A stretch of DNA of 64,000 nt from a virus. Taxonomy: Duplodnaviria > Caudoviricetes. Shown in pieces: positions 54,352 to 62,356 of this stretch. The translations under genes were made by a program, and so were the position numbers. Every line of letters begins with the position of its first letter. Position 1 is the stretch's first letter. The stretch is taken from the IMG/VR virus record IMGVR_UViG_3300037113_000024, positions 685 to 64,684 of that record, one strand, 5' to 3'. The notes beneath the pieces were generated by a model, which worked only from the letters and a program-made list of their open reading frames with translations, ran no database searches and had not been told where the DNA came from.

Positions 54352-54708
54352 ATGGGTGAGAGCAAGCTGCCGTGGGTGATCCCGCCCAAACTATGGTCCA
54401 ACTGGGATCAGACATGCGCGAAGGAGGCGGGCTGGCATATCTACTTCGACGCCAACCGTTGGATCATCGCGCAATGCCGGACAGCCAAGGGCATCGTGCG
54501 CTTCGATTCAAACGAGCACGCACGCGATTGGGTGTCGAAGCAGGCCGACAACGGATCGAAACGCCACATCCGCGCCATCCGCGCGCTGATCGCGGCGAAC
54601 ATCTCGGGCCACAGGCCCATGCACATGCCGCGCTTCGGCGTGTCGGAAAGCGATCAGTATGACGCTGTCGCCTACGAACAGTTCATCAACAGGACGCAAC
54701 GGCCATGA
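54352..54708 (+). CDS. Early protein, W-x3-D-x3-A-GW family
   Basis: AGGAG RBS; WSNWDQTCAKEAGWHI...GSKRHIRAI. Confidence 0.8.
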   Translation: MGESKLPWVIPPKLWSNWDQTCAKEAGWHIYFDANRWIIAQCRTAKGIVRFDSNEHARDWVSKQADNGSKRHIRAIRALIAANISGHRPMHMPRFGVSESDQYDAVAYEQFINRTQRP

Positions 54709-54845
54709 TCAAGTCTCTCATAATCGGGTTCCTCATATCCCTGTTCTTCGTCGGCGGCACGACCGGCGGCAACCTGCTCGCTTGGGTGGTGGTCTGGCTC
54801 GTGATCTCGGGCGTCACCTACATCATCTTGGAGGACAAGCCATGA
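54705..54845 (+). CDS. 46-aa two-TM membrane protein
   Basis: ATGA coupled at both ends; MIKSLIIGFLISLFFVGG... Confidence 0.65.
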   Translation: MIKSLIIGFLISLFFVGGTTGGNLLAWVVVWLVISGVTYIILEDKP

Positions 54846-55093
54846 GCAGGGGCATCGTTGACAGCCACGGCCGACCGCTGCCGCGCTTCTACGAACTCGA
54901 TATCCCAACGCGGGGGTTCGTCATCCAGCACGAGCGCGCCCACGCTTACGTGCGCCGCTCGTACCTCAGCCCCGTCGAGCGCTTCAAGGACGTGGCCCGC
55001 ACGCTCAGTGCGGGCGACAGCATGCACGCGCTCGACCTCTACGACGGGCGCGAGCAGAAGGAACTCTACCAGCGTATCCTGATGGGAGTTTGA
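54842..55093 (+). CDS. Hypothetical early protein
   Basis: GGAGG RBS, ATG 54842. Confidence 0.7.
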   Translation: MSRGIVDSHGRPLPRFYELDIPTRGFVIQHERAHAYVRRSYLSPVERFKDVARTLSAGDSMHALDLYDGREQKELYQRILMGV

Positions 55094-55107
55094 TACCATG
55101 CGTACCA
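55091..55107. promoter_or_regulatory. Operator-like site 6 (contains upstream stop and downstream start)
   Basis: ttTGATACcatgcGTACCAaa. Confidence 0.8.
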
Positions 55108-55547
55108 AAGACAACTTCGACCCGTCCAAGCTCACGCCTGCCTTCCTGGCCCAGGTGTTCAAAGCGCAGCAGGACTTGATCGCCAAGCACGAACAGATAC
55201 GCCTCACGCTCTACGAGATGATGGCGAGCATGGGCTACCACGCGCCTGTGGTGCGCCCGTGCAAGCTGCGCTTCTTCGCTCTGCGGGGCGTCGTGATCGA
55301 GCAGCCAAGCCATTGGTTGGTGTTCGGCAACGAGGACAAGCATCGCGTGCGCGCCTACGCCGAAGACACGCTGACCGAGCCGAGCGTGCCGCCGCGTCCT
55401 CTCGGCTTCATGATCCCCACCGGCAAGTTTCACGCGAGCCGCGACGGCTCGCTCGATGCTTACTACCACTGCCTCAGGGGCAAGGAGTATCTGGGCGTGG
55501 ACCGCACAGCGCGGGGCGTCTATGCGATCACCTCCTATGAGCGATGA
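55098..55547 (+). CDS. Hypothetical early protein
   Basis: GGGAG RBS. Confidence 0.75.
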   Translation: MRTKDNFDPSKLTPAFLAQVFKAQQDLIAKHEQIRLTLYEMMASMGYHAPVVRPCKLRFFALRGVVIEQPSHWLVFGNEDKHRVRAYAEDTLTEPSVPPRPLGFMIPTGKFHASRDGSLDAYYHCLRGKEYLGVDRTARGVYAITSYER

Positions 55548-55959
55548 TCGAGACAACCAACGCGCGCTGCGCAAGATCATCGACCATGGCCGCAACTATG
55601 GCATGGGGCCTACCTCCATGCTCAAGGCCATCAAGGCCATCAAGGGCATGGAGGCTACGCTTGTCTCCATGGACGAGTACAGCACCATCGGCAAGGAAGT
55701 ATGGGAAAGGTTGGTGGACGCCATGAAACAACAATGGATCATTGAGGGCGAGTGGTCGCAGTACCATTCGATGGTGGCCCAAGGCCAGGGGTGGGGCCTG
55801 TCGCATGTCAAGGGCATGTGGCAGGTGGTCACGCTGGACCCCGCCAGGTTCGCAGACAACGAAGCCGCGCGGCTCTACGTGCTCGAACACGAGAAGGATC
55901 AAAACAGTAGTTTGTACGCGATTGCCGTGCAGGCTGTGATCGTGGGCAACATGCGATGA
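55537..55959 (+). CDS. Early protein with C-terminal W-x3-D-x3-A-GW family domain
   Basis: WSQYHSMVAQGQGWGL...FADNEAARLYV. Confidence 0.7.
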   Translation: MSDDRDNQRALRKIIDHGRNYGMGPTSMLKAIKAIKGMEATLVSMDEYSTIGKEVWERLVDAMKQQWIIEGEWSQYHSMVAQGQGWGLSHVKGMWQVVTLDPARFADNEAARLYVLEHEKDQNSSLYAIAVQAVIVGNMR

Positions 55960-55973
55960 AGACGGAAGCGGCG

Positions 55974-55990
55974 TGATACATTGGGTATCA
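55974..55990. promoter_or_regulatory. Operator-like site 7
   Basis: TGATACattggGTATCA, intergenic. Confidence 0.85.
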
Positions 55991-56030
55991 AAATCCCCCG
56001 TACTGAAGACCAAGTGTAAGGAGTAGTGTC

Positions 56031-56873
56031 ATGGGTTGGAGAGCAGGTATCAGCACTTACGGACTACCCTCTGTGGGTTCGTACGACGACGCCAAGAGGG
56101 CGTGGGAGAGGGCGCGCGTGGCGCGGGGCAATCTGACCCGGCGCTACCTGAAGCTGAAGGACACCACCAAGTTCATCGACTATTACACCGACAACGGCGG
56201 CCCGCCGACCTACTTCATGGGCTTCGGGCGCGAGCTTGTCCGCTACTACGCCACGGGCCGCATCTGCGTCAGCGAGGGCTACACCGTGGGCGACGCCGAC
56301 TTCGCGAACCACACGTTGCCGGGCGGCGTTTACGCTAACTACAAAAGTTGCCTGGGCAAGACGCTCAGGGTCTACTCCCGGCTCTACCGGCTCGACGGGC
56401 TTCTGGCCCTGGAACTGGACGGAAACGGGGGCTACGCCGTGACCGAGCCCTCCCGGCCATGGAAGTGGCCCCGGCTGGACGCCGCCCACGGGCGGGCTGC
56501 GCTGAAGGAATGGGAGTTTCAGAACTTTTGTCACTGGACGCGAGCAACAGTTCACATGGACTGTCTGCAAGCGCCGCGGTCCCTGGCCGACATAACCACG
56601 CCCATGGCCATGATGCGCGACCGCAGTTCGACCGGCCTCACGCATGTCGCGTCGGCGCTCAAGAACCCCGACCGTTGGCACGAGGTGGTGCGCACGCTCA
56701 TGGCGGACGGCAAGCGTGGGGACAACCTGATCAAGGCCGCGTGCGACATGGCCAGGACTGCGATACACTTCGCCAGTGGAGCGCTGGCCGTGCACGAGTT
56801 CGATCACATCCACGAGAACGATGCGGCGCGATACTATCGCGCCGTAAGTAAGTACCATGGTCTTGCGGGGTGA
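56031..56873 (+). CDS. Hypothetical early protein (paralogue of 52917-53840)
   Basis: AAGGAG RBS. Confidence 0.8.
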   Translation: MGWRAGISTYGLPSVGSYDDAKRAWERARVARGNLTRRYLKLKDTTKFIDYYTDNGGPPTYFMGFGRELVRYYATGRICVSEGYTVGDADFANHTLPGGVYANYKSCLGKTLRVYSRLYRLDGLLALELDGNGGYAVTEPSRPWKWPRLDAAHGRAALKEWEFQNFCHWTRATVHMDCLQAPRSLADITTPMAMMRDRSSTGLTHVASALKNPDRWHEVVRTLMADGKRGDNLIKAACDMARTAIHFASGALAVHEFDHIHENDAARYYRAVSKYHGLAG

Positions 56874-57226
56874 ACATCATGACCGAAGCCGTACCCAACT
56901 ACCTATGGGACAATAGGGACCAAGAGAGAGCCAAAGCGCATGGGTGGGTTGTCGAGACGGTGGGCTTCGTCGGCCATGGCGAGGCACGCAACTTCGGCGG
57001 CATCGCCATTGACGACAGCCTCAGCTTCGGCAGCTATTCGTTCTACTGGATTGACCCCATGGTCATGGGCAAGACTTGGACCGATAGCCTCGTGGACTTC
57101 ATCGCTGAAGAAGCAGCCAAGGGCGTGCCTCTCTATGAGAAGGCTTGGTTGCTGTACTGCTACATAGACCTGCGCGGCAAGCTGCGCAGGGCTACCCAGA
57201 TCACAGCATGGGGTGACCCCTGCTGA
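56870..57226 (+). CDS. Early protein, W-x3-D-x3-A-GW family
   Basis: LWDNRDQERAKAHGWVV...GVPLYEKAW. Confidence 0.75.
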   Translation: MNIMTEAVPNYLWDNRDQERAKAHGWVVETVGFVGHGEARNFGGIAIDDSLSFGSYSFYWIDPMVMGKTWTDSLVDFIAEEAAKGVPLYEKAWLLYCYIDLRGKLRRATQITAWGDPC

Positions 57227-57240
57227 TACGAAGCGTATCA
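57224..57240. promoter_or_regulatory. Operator-like site 8
   Basis: TGATACgaagcGTATCA; TGA is the upstream stop codon. Confidence 0.85.
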
Positions 57241-57264
57241 AACAAGAGAGCGAGTACCCGACCA

Positions 57265-57807
57265 ATGAGTAATGTCTATCAGACAGAGCAGCGTGTCGTC
57301 TGCGGGCGTCATGTCAAAATCGAGTGGGCGTACGACCAGCACTTGGGCAAGCCATGGAAAGAGTGCGACGGGAACGGCCCCGTGAGCGAGTGGCGACCCA
57401 AGGACAGCAAGAAGCCCGGCGAGCGTGAGCTATCGAGAGACGGCGCGTCCCGTCGCTTCTACGATTGGGAGGCCGCGATCAAGCAGGCGCGCAAGGAGAG
57501 TTGGGGCCTGGGCATCAACGGATACACCGCCCTCATGTGCGAACTGCGCCGCGTGCCGACCGCCAAGCAGGTGCGCGAGCGCGCCGTCAAGAACAACTAC
57601 GAATGGCTATGGGACTGGTGCCACGACAACTGGCACTGGTGCGGTATCGTCGTCACCGATATCCAGAGCGGCGTGGAGCGTTCGCTGTGGAGTATCGAGA
57701 GCACCAACGAGCACGGATACCACGAAGAGATAATCACCGATCTCGTTGAGGACATGTACGTTGACGTGGTGCGCGTCCTCATGGGCGGCGAAGACGAGGC
57801 AGCATGA
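57265..57807 (+). CDS. Conserved phage hypothetical protein
   Basis: PWKECDGNGPVS...WCHDNWHWCGIVV...SLWSIES pattern. Confidence 0.8.
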   Translation: MSNVYQTEQRVVCGRHVKIEWAYDQHLGKPWKECDGNGPVSEWRPKDSKKPGERELSRDGASRRFYDWEAAIKQARKESWGLGINGYTALMCELRRVPTAKQVRERAVKNNYEWLWDWCHDNWHWCGIVVTDIQSGVERSLWSIESTNEHGYHEEIITDLVEDMYVDVVRVLMGGEDEAA

Positions 57808-58154
57808 GTACGCCGTTTCTGTTCAAGGACGAAGAAGGCGAGCCTCTCGGATCGTTCGCCTTCTTCGAGACAGCCGAGGACAAGGCGCTGTGGCCCCTGA
57901 AGCTGCGGCGTCGCGCCCATGTAATGGGGTTCGAGATCACGCCATGGCGCGCCTTCACGGCCACGGGCATGAACTACGCCATGGGTTGGACTAACTTCAA
58001 CGCACCCGGCGAAACAGTAGTCGAGTGGTTGCAGTCCCACCTAGAGGTGGTTGAACGCGAAGGCGTGGGCGACCTTGAACTATGGGAGAGCGCATGGAGG
58101 TTCTACATCGTACTGAGCATGGGGCACAGGCTACGCTTCAAGGTAGGCAGATGA
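57804..58154 (+). CDS. Hypothetical early protein (possible divergent family member)
   Basis: ATGA coupling; RRRAHVMGFEI...LWESAWRFY. Confidence 0.7.
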   Translation: MSTPFLFKDEEGEPLGSFAFFETAEDKALWPLKLRRRAHVMGFEITPWRAFTATGMNYAMGWTNFNAPGETVVEWLQSHLEVVEREGVGDLELWESAWRFYIVLSMGHRLRFKVGR

Positions 58155-58420
58155 TAGGAGGCACATGGGGACCACTGTGGAGCGCACACGACAACAAGCA
58201 CGCCATACGACGACATGGTTGGTCGCTCGCGTGGCAATGGAACCCGGAACAGCGTTGCTGGCACGCGGTCATCTCAACAAGGCACCCACCGTTCAGCGCG
58301 CTCGAACGGCGGGTGCTCAAGCGCTTTGACCTGTTCTACCGTGAGGGTCATGACCTTCACGTCCGAGCCTGGGCAACCATTGTTGCGTCCCGAATGGACC
58401 CCAACATGGTGTCGCCTTAG
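58151..58420 (+). CDS. Early protein, W-x3-D-x3-A-GW family
   Basis: LWSAHDNKHAIRRHGWSL...GHDLHVRAW. Confidence 0.75.
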   Translation: MIGGTWGPLWSAHDNKHAIRRHGWSLAWQWNPEQRCWHAVISTRHPPFSALERRVLKRFDLFYREGHDLHVRAWATIVASRMDPNMVSP

Positions 58421-58440
58421 GGAAACTATGACCATTGGTG

Positions 58441-58469
58441 TTGACACACCATGGTTTATGTGCTATTGT
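58441..58469 (+). promoter_or_regulatory. Sigma70-type promoter
   Basis: TTGACA-17-TATTGT with extended TG. Confidence 0.75.
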
Positions 58470-58497
58470 ATATGGGTACTGACCAAGGATAGGAACT

Positions 58498-59622
58498 ATG
58501 CAAACTCTCGATAGCGTCGGCGTAGCCGAGTTCATTAAGCATGTCGCGATTAAGCTCGATCAGCCTGTCATGGTTGTCGGCACGTTCGGTTCGGCCAAGA
58601 GCGCCGTAACCAACCAAGTCGCGAGCGACCTTGACAGCCCCGAAGCGCTCGACGCGCTCCTGGGCGACCGCAACCAGTCTTTGATACCGACCGTATCAGA
58701 CGACGGCGACACGCTCTACACCAAGTTCACCGGGACGATACTCTGCGACGTTCGCCTCGCTCAATACGAGAGCGTCGATCTCCGCGGCTTCCCCGGCGTC
58801 AACAAGGCGACGGGCATGACGGTGTGGCATGCGCCGAGCACGCTTCCCTTCGTCGGCAACGACGACTTCCCCGACGACAAGATCATCATCCTGTTCCTCG
58901 ATGAGATCACGTCGGCGACGCCGCCTGTCTTCAGCGTGGCCTACCAGTTGGTCAACGAGCGCCGCGTCGGCGAGCATGTGCTGAAGCCCAACGTTCGCGT
59001 GGTCTGCGCGGGCAACCTCGAAAGCGACAAGGGCGTCGTCAACCGCATGCCCATGCCGTTGTGCAATCGCCTGACCTGGGTGCAGCAGGTCGTCAACCAC
59101 AAGTCGTGGGCCGACTGGGCGCAGAGCGTCGGCATCACGCCGGTGGTCATCGCGTTCATCCACTTCAAGCCCAACCTACTCATGACCTACGACCCGGCCA
59201 AGGCCGAGAAGGTGGTCGCGACGCTGCGCACTTGGGAGAAGGCGGCTGCGTACTTGGTTGACGACATGCCCGAAGAGATCAAGTGGGCGGCGTGCGCCGG
59301 CTCGATTGGTCAGGGACCGGCGACCGAGTTGCGCGCCTTCATTGATATCTGGCAGAAGGTGATCCCGCCCAAGCAGATCGCTGCCGACCCCGAGGGCACG
59401 CCGGTGCCGACCGAGGCGAGCATGCGATATGCGACTGCTGTATCTATCTCGGGAGCAATGTCGGGCAAGCTGCTCGCGCCGCTCTATCAGTACCTCAAGC
59501 GTCTGCCGCCTGAGTTCATCGTGCTGGCGTGGCAGTTGGCGCAGAAGCGCGACCAGCGGCTCTACAACACGCCCGAGTTTATGGATTTCACGAAAAGATA
59601 TAGAAGCATATTCAATATGTAA
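58498..59622 (+). CDS. MoxR-like AAA+ ATPase
   Basis: Walker A GTFGSAKS, DLRGFP, Walker B LFLDE, CAGN, PLCNRL, TLRTWE; contains site 9 at 58682-58698. Confidence 0.88.
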   Translation: MQTLDSVGVAEFIKHVAIKLDQPVMVVGTFGSAKSAVTNQVASDLDSPEALDALLGDRNQSLIPTVSDDGDTLYTKFTGTILCDVRLAQYESVDLRGFPGVNKATGMTVWHAPSTLPFVGNDDFPDDKIIILFLDEITSATPPVFSVAYQLVNERRVGEHVLKPNVRVVCAGNLESDKGVVNRMPMPLCNRLTWVQQVVNHKSWADWAQSVGITPVVIAFIHFKPNLLMTYDPAKAEKVVATLRTWEKAAAYLVDDMPEEIKWAACAGSIGQGPATELRAFIDIWQKVIPPKQIAADPEGTPVPTEASMRYATAVSISGAMSGKLLAPLYQYLKRLPPEFIVLAWQLAQKRDQRLYNTPEFMDFTKRYRSIFNM

Positions 59623-59647
59623 GTATAGAGTTTCGGAGTAACCGAAA

Positions 59648-60049
59648 ATGCGTAATGATCCGATACGTAGAACGTATCTAGTCTGGTTCGCAATGGTGGG
59701 ACGTTGCACTAAGCGTCACCACAAAAGCTATCCAGACTACGGCGGGCGAGGCATCCGCGTGTGCAAGAGGTGGCTAATATTTAGCAACTTCCTTGAGGAC
59801 ATGGGGCCATGCCCGTTGGGGTTGACACTCGAACGTCGCTGCAACGGCCGAGGGTACTGGCCGTCGAACTGTCGGTGGGCGACGCGCGCTGAGCAGGCGC
59901 GCAACTATCGCCGCAACGTGTGGATCACATGGCGCGGCGAAACCAAATGCGTGAAGGACTGGAACACGCACTTCGGCCTCAAGCCGAACGTGCTCGCGTC
60001 ACGTCTCAAGCGACGAACTGTGCGTCAAGTCTTTTGTGAGCTTGACTAA
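59648..60049 (+). CDS. Free-standing HNH-type homing endonuclease
   Basis: RC...SYPDYGGRGIRVCKRW..F.NFLEDMG...TLERR.N..GY.PSNCRWATRAEQARN. Confidence 0.88.
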   Translation: MRNDPIRRTYLVWFAMVGRCTKRHHKSYPDYGGRGIRVCKRWLIFSNFLEDMGPCPLGLTLERRCNGRGYWPSNCRWATRAEQARNYRRNVWITWRGETKCVKDWNTHFGLKPNVLASRLKRRTVRQVFCELD

Positions 60050-60060
60050 CAAAACCATGG

Positions 60061-60077
60061 TGATACGCGCCGTATCA
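60061..60077. promoter_or_regulatory. Operator-like site 10
   Basis: TGATACgcgccGTATCA, same spacer as site 1. Confidence 0.85.
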
Positions 60078-60098
60078 ACCGAAGGAAAGGAATATGTT

Positions 60099-60602
60099 GT
60101 GGCACCCAGGACACGAGAGCAGCAGGACGCTTACAACGAGAAGCGTCGGCGTGAGAGTGCAGCGAAGCGTGGTGCGCCCCCGCCCGCACCGAAAGGGAAA
60201 GCGCCAGCAAAGAAGGCGAAGGCCCAAGCCAAAGTGAACGGCCACGCGCCGCCCAAGGTGAAGGCTAAGCCTCTACACGCCAAGGAGGGCCGAGCCAAGC
60301 CTGTCAAGTCGATCCCCGAGCATAAGATCGAGGACGCCCGCACCAACATGATCCAGCCAAAGCTGGCGACGATCCAGCAAACGAAACTGCCCGGCTTCAC
60401 CATGGCCGGCTCGTACGTCCGCAAGACGGGAGCGGGCAAGGGCAAGTTGCGCAACGGCACGCACCAATGCACTGTGGCTTTCACCACCGAGCAAATGAAC
60501 TGGCTCGTGGCGAAGGCCGGCTTCAAGCTGGTGTCGCTTGCGGAGATGATCCGCATATGCGTGGTCGAGAGGATGGCGCGCCCCGATGGGAGTTCGACTT
60601 AG
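60099..60602 (+). CDS. Basic protein with C-terminal ribbon-helix-helix domain
   Basis: AAGGA + GTG 60099; Lys/Ala/Pro tract; CTVAFTTEQMNWLVAKAGFKLVSLAEMIRICV. Confidence 0.65.
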   Translation: MAPRTREQQDAYNEKRRRESAAKRGAPPPAPKGKAPAKKAKAQAKVNGHAPPKVKAKPLHAKEGRAKPVKSIPEHKIEDARTNMIQPKLATIQQTKLPGFTMAGSYVRKTGAGKGKLRNGTHQCTVAFTTEQMNWLVAKAGFKLVSLAEMIRICVVERMARPDGSST

Positions 60603-60828
60603 CGACTACGACTGGACGGTGCTCGCTGCCTGCCAACTAGGCGGCGTGCGTCGCCGGTATAAGGACACGCCGTCCGGCATCTTGGTTGAATACTTCACCA
60701 TGGGTGACACGGACGTGACGCAAAGCATCACCCGCCTAGAGCGGGCGGGCAGGATCGAACCACATCATATCACGTTGGGTGTGGACAAAGAGGGTCTGAA
60801 GGCCGCCATGAGAAGGGTAGTGAAATGA
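60586..60828 (+). CDS. Small hypothetical protein (winged-helix-like)
   Basis: LSDYDWTVLA...VTQSITRLERAGRI. Confidence 0.6.
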   Translation: MGVRLSDYDWTVLAACQLGGVRRRYKDTPSGILVEYFTMGDTDVTQSITRLERAGRIEPHHITLGVDKEGLKAAMRRVVK

Positions 60829-62039
60829 GCACCGCAGCAATCAAGCTAGACACCTACGACAAGGCGCGCTCGCAACTGCTGATCCGTCAGCCGTTCTTCG
60901 CGAGCGTCGTCCTGTCCACTGAGTGGATACCGGACGAGAAGATACCCACGGCCTGCACCGACATGGTGAAGGTGTGGTACAATCCCAAGTTCATTGACGA
61001 CTTGGGCGTGGACCACGCGATGTTCGTGCTGGTGCATGAGATCATGCACATCATCCTGAAGCACGGGCTGCGCCGCGGCTCACGCAAGCCGATCCGTTGG
61101 AACAAAGCGTGCGACTACGCGATCAACCAAGAGTTGGTGGACAGCGGGCTGTCCATGCCGGACAGCGGGCTGATCGACAAGGCGAAGTACGGCGGCATGA
61201 CGGCCGAGCAGATATACGATATCCTTACGCAGGAGAAGGAGAAGGGCGGCGGCAAGGGCAAGGGCAAGCCCCCGCCGGGCACGAAGGTTCAGCCGGGTCA
61301 GCCGGGCGACCGCCCCGATGACGACGACGACGTTACCGACCTGGGCGAGATGGGCGCGGACGTGATGACGCCCGGCGAGCGGGACGGCAACGAGCCGACC
61401 GAGGCTGAGGCGCGTCAGATCAGCGCGAGCATCGACGGCAAGGTGGCGCAGGCTGCGACCATGGCGCGCGCCGCGGGCAAGCTGCCGGCGAACATCGCGC
61501 TCTTGGTTGACGGCGTGCTCAATCCTCCGCAGCCCTGGGAGATTGTGCTGCGCGAGTTCATGACGCGCATGGTGCAGCAGAATGAAACGTGGTCGCGCCG
61601 CAACCGGCGCTTCACTCCTATCCTACCCACGTCGTTCGATGTGGGCATGGGAGAGTTGGTCATCATCGGCGACACATCGGGCTCGATGATGGTGGACAAA
61701 ATCTTTGCGCAGATCGCGGTGGAGATCAATCACTGCCGCGAGTACGTGAAGCCCGAGCGGACGCGCGTGGTCTGGGCCGACTACGCCGAGTGCTCGCATG
61801 AGCAGGTGTTCGAGCCGGACGAACAGGTGGTGCTCGAACCCAAGGGCGGCGGGGGCACAGACATGCGCCTGCCTCTCAGGTATGTGGAGAAGTTCCACCC
61901 CGACGTTGTGATCCTGATCACGGACTGCGAGACGCCGTGGCCTTCACAGGAGACACCCTACCCGCTGATCGTGGCGAGCACGACCAATCAGAAGTGTCCC
62001 GACTGGGCGCTTCGCCTGCAACTGAGGACGCATGCCTGA
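60825..62039 (+). CDS. DUF2201-like metallopeptidase + vWA domain protein
   Basis: PTACTD, HEIMH, WNKACDYAIN, DTSGS MIDAS, GGGGTD, ITD. Confidence 0.9.
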   Translation: MSTAAIKLDTYDKARSQLLIRQPFFASVVLSTEWIPDEKIPTACTDMVKVWYNPKFIDDLGVDHAMFVLVHEIMHIILKHGLRRGSRKPIRWNKACDYAINQELVDSGLSMPDSGLIDKAKYGGMTAEQIYDILTQEKEKGGGKGKGKPPPGTKVQPGQPGDRPDDDDDVTDLGEMGADVMTPGERDGNEPTEAEARQISASIDGKVAQAATMARAAGKLPANIALLVDGVLNPPQPWEIVLREFMTRMVQQNETWSRRNRRFTPILPTSFDVGMGELVIIGDTSGSMMVDKIFAQIAVEINHCREYVKPERTRVVWADYAECSHEQVFEPDEQVVLEPKGGGGTDMRLPLRYVEKFHPDVVILITDCETPWPSQETPYPLIVASTTNQKCPDWALRLQLRTHA

Positions 62040-62322
62040 AACGATGAAAGCGTACGACGTGCTTGCCAACATCGACCCGGACGGGAAAGCGGTGGCGACC
62101 AACGTCATCGTCCACCGCACGTTCAAAACCATCAACGACTACTTCGATCATGAGTACGTGCGTTGGTTGGTGGTGCGCGAGCATGGTGATCCGGTTGTTC
62201 GGGTCATTGACTTATGGGCCACGGAGATGACAGAAAGGTTTCCGTATGTTACGCCGTGGTTCATCCAAGAAACATTCGCGACGGCCGACCAAGCCGTTGC
62301 GTTCATAGCCCTCACTATCTGA
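62032..62322 (+). CDS. Hypothetical protein
   Basis: GAGG RBS; overlap-coupled. Confidence 0.65.
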   Translation: MPETMKAYDVLANIDPDGKAVATNVIVHRTFKTINDYFDHEYVRWLVVREHGDPVVRVIDLWATEMTERFPYVTPWFIQETFATADQAVAFIALTI

Positions 62323-62336
62323 TACGTGTTGTATCA
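62320..62336. promoter_or_regulatory. Operator-like site 11
   Basis: TGATACgtgttGTATCA; TGA is the upstream stop codon. Confidence 0.85.
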
Positions 62337-62356
62337 ACCGACCAAGGAGTAGAGTT

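Noticed and set aside
59662-59678. GATAC-N7-GTATC palindrome at start of the HNH gene
   Set aside because: Spacer is 7 rather than 5 and outer bases do not match, so it was not counted
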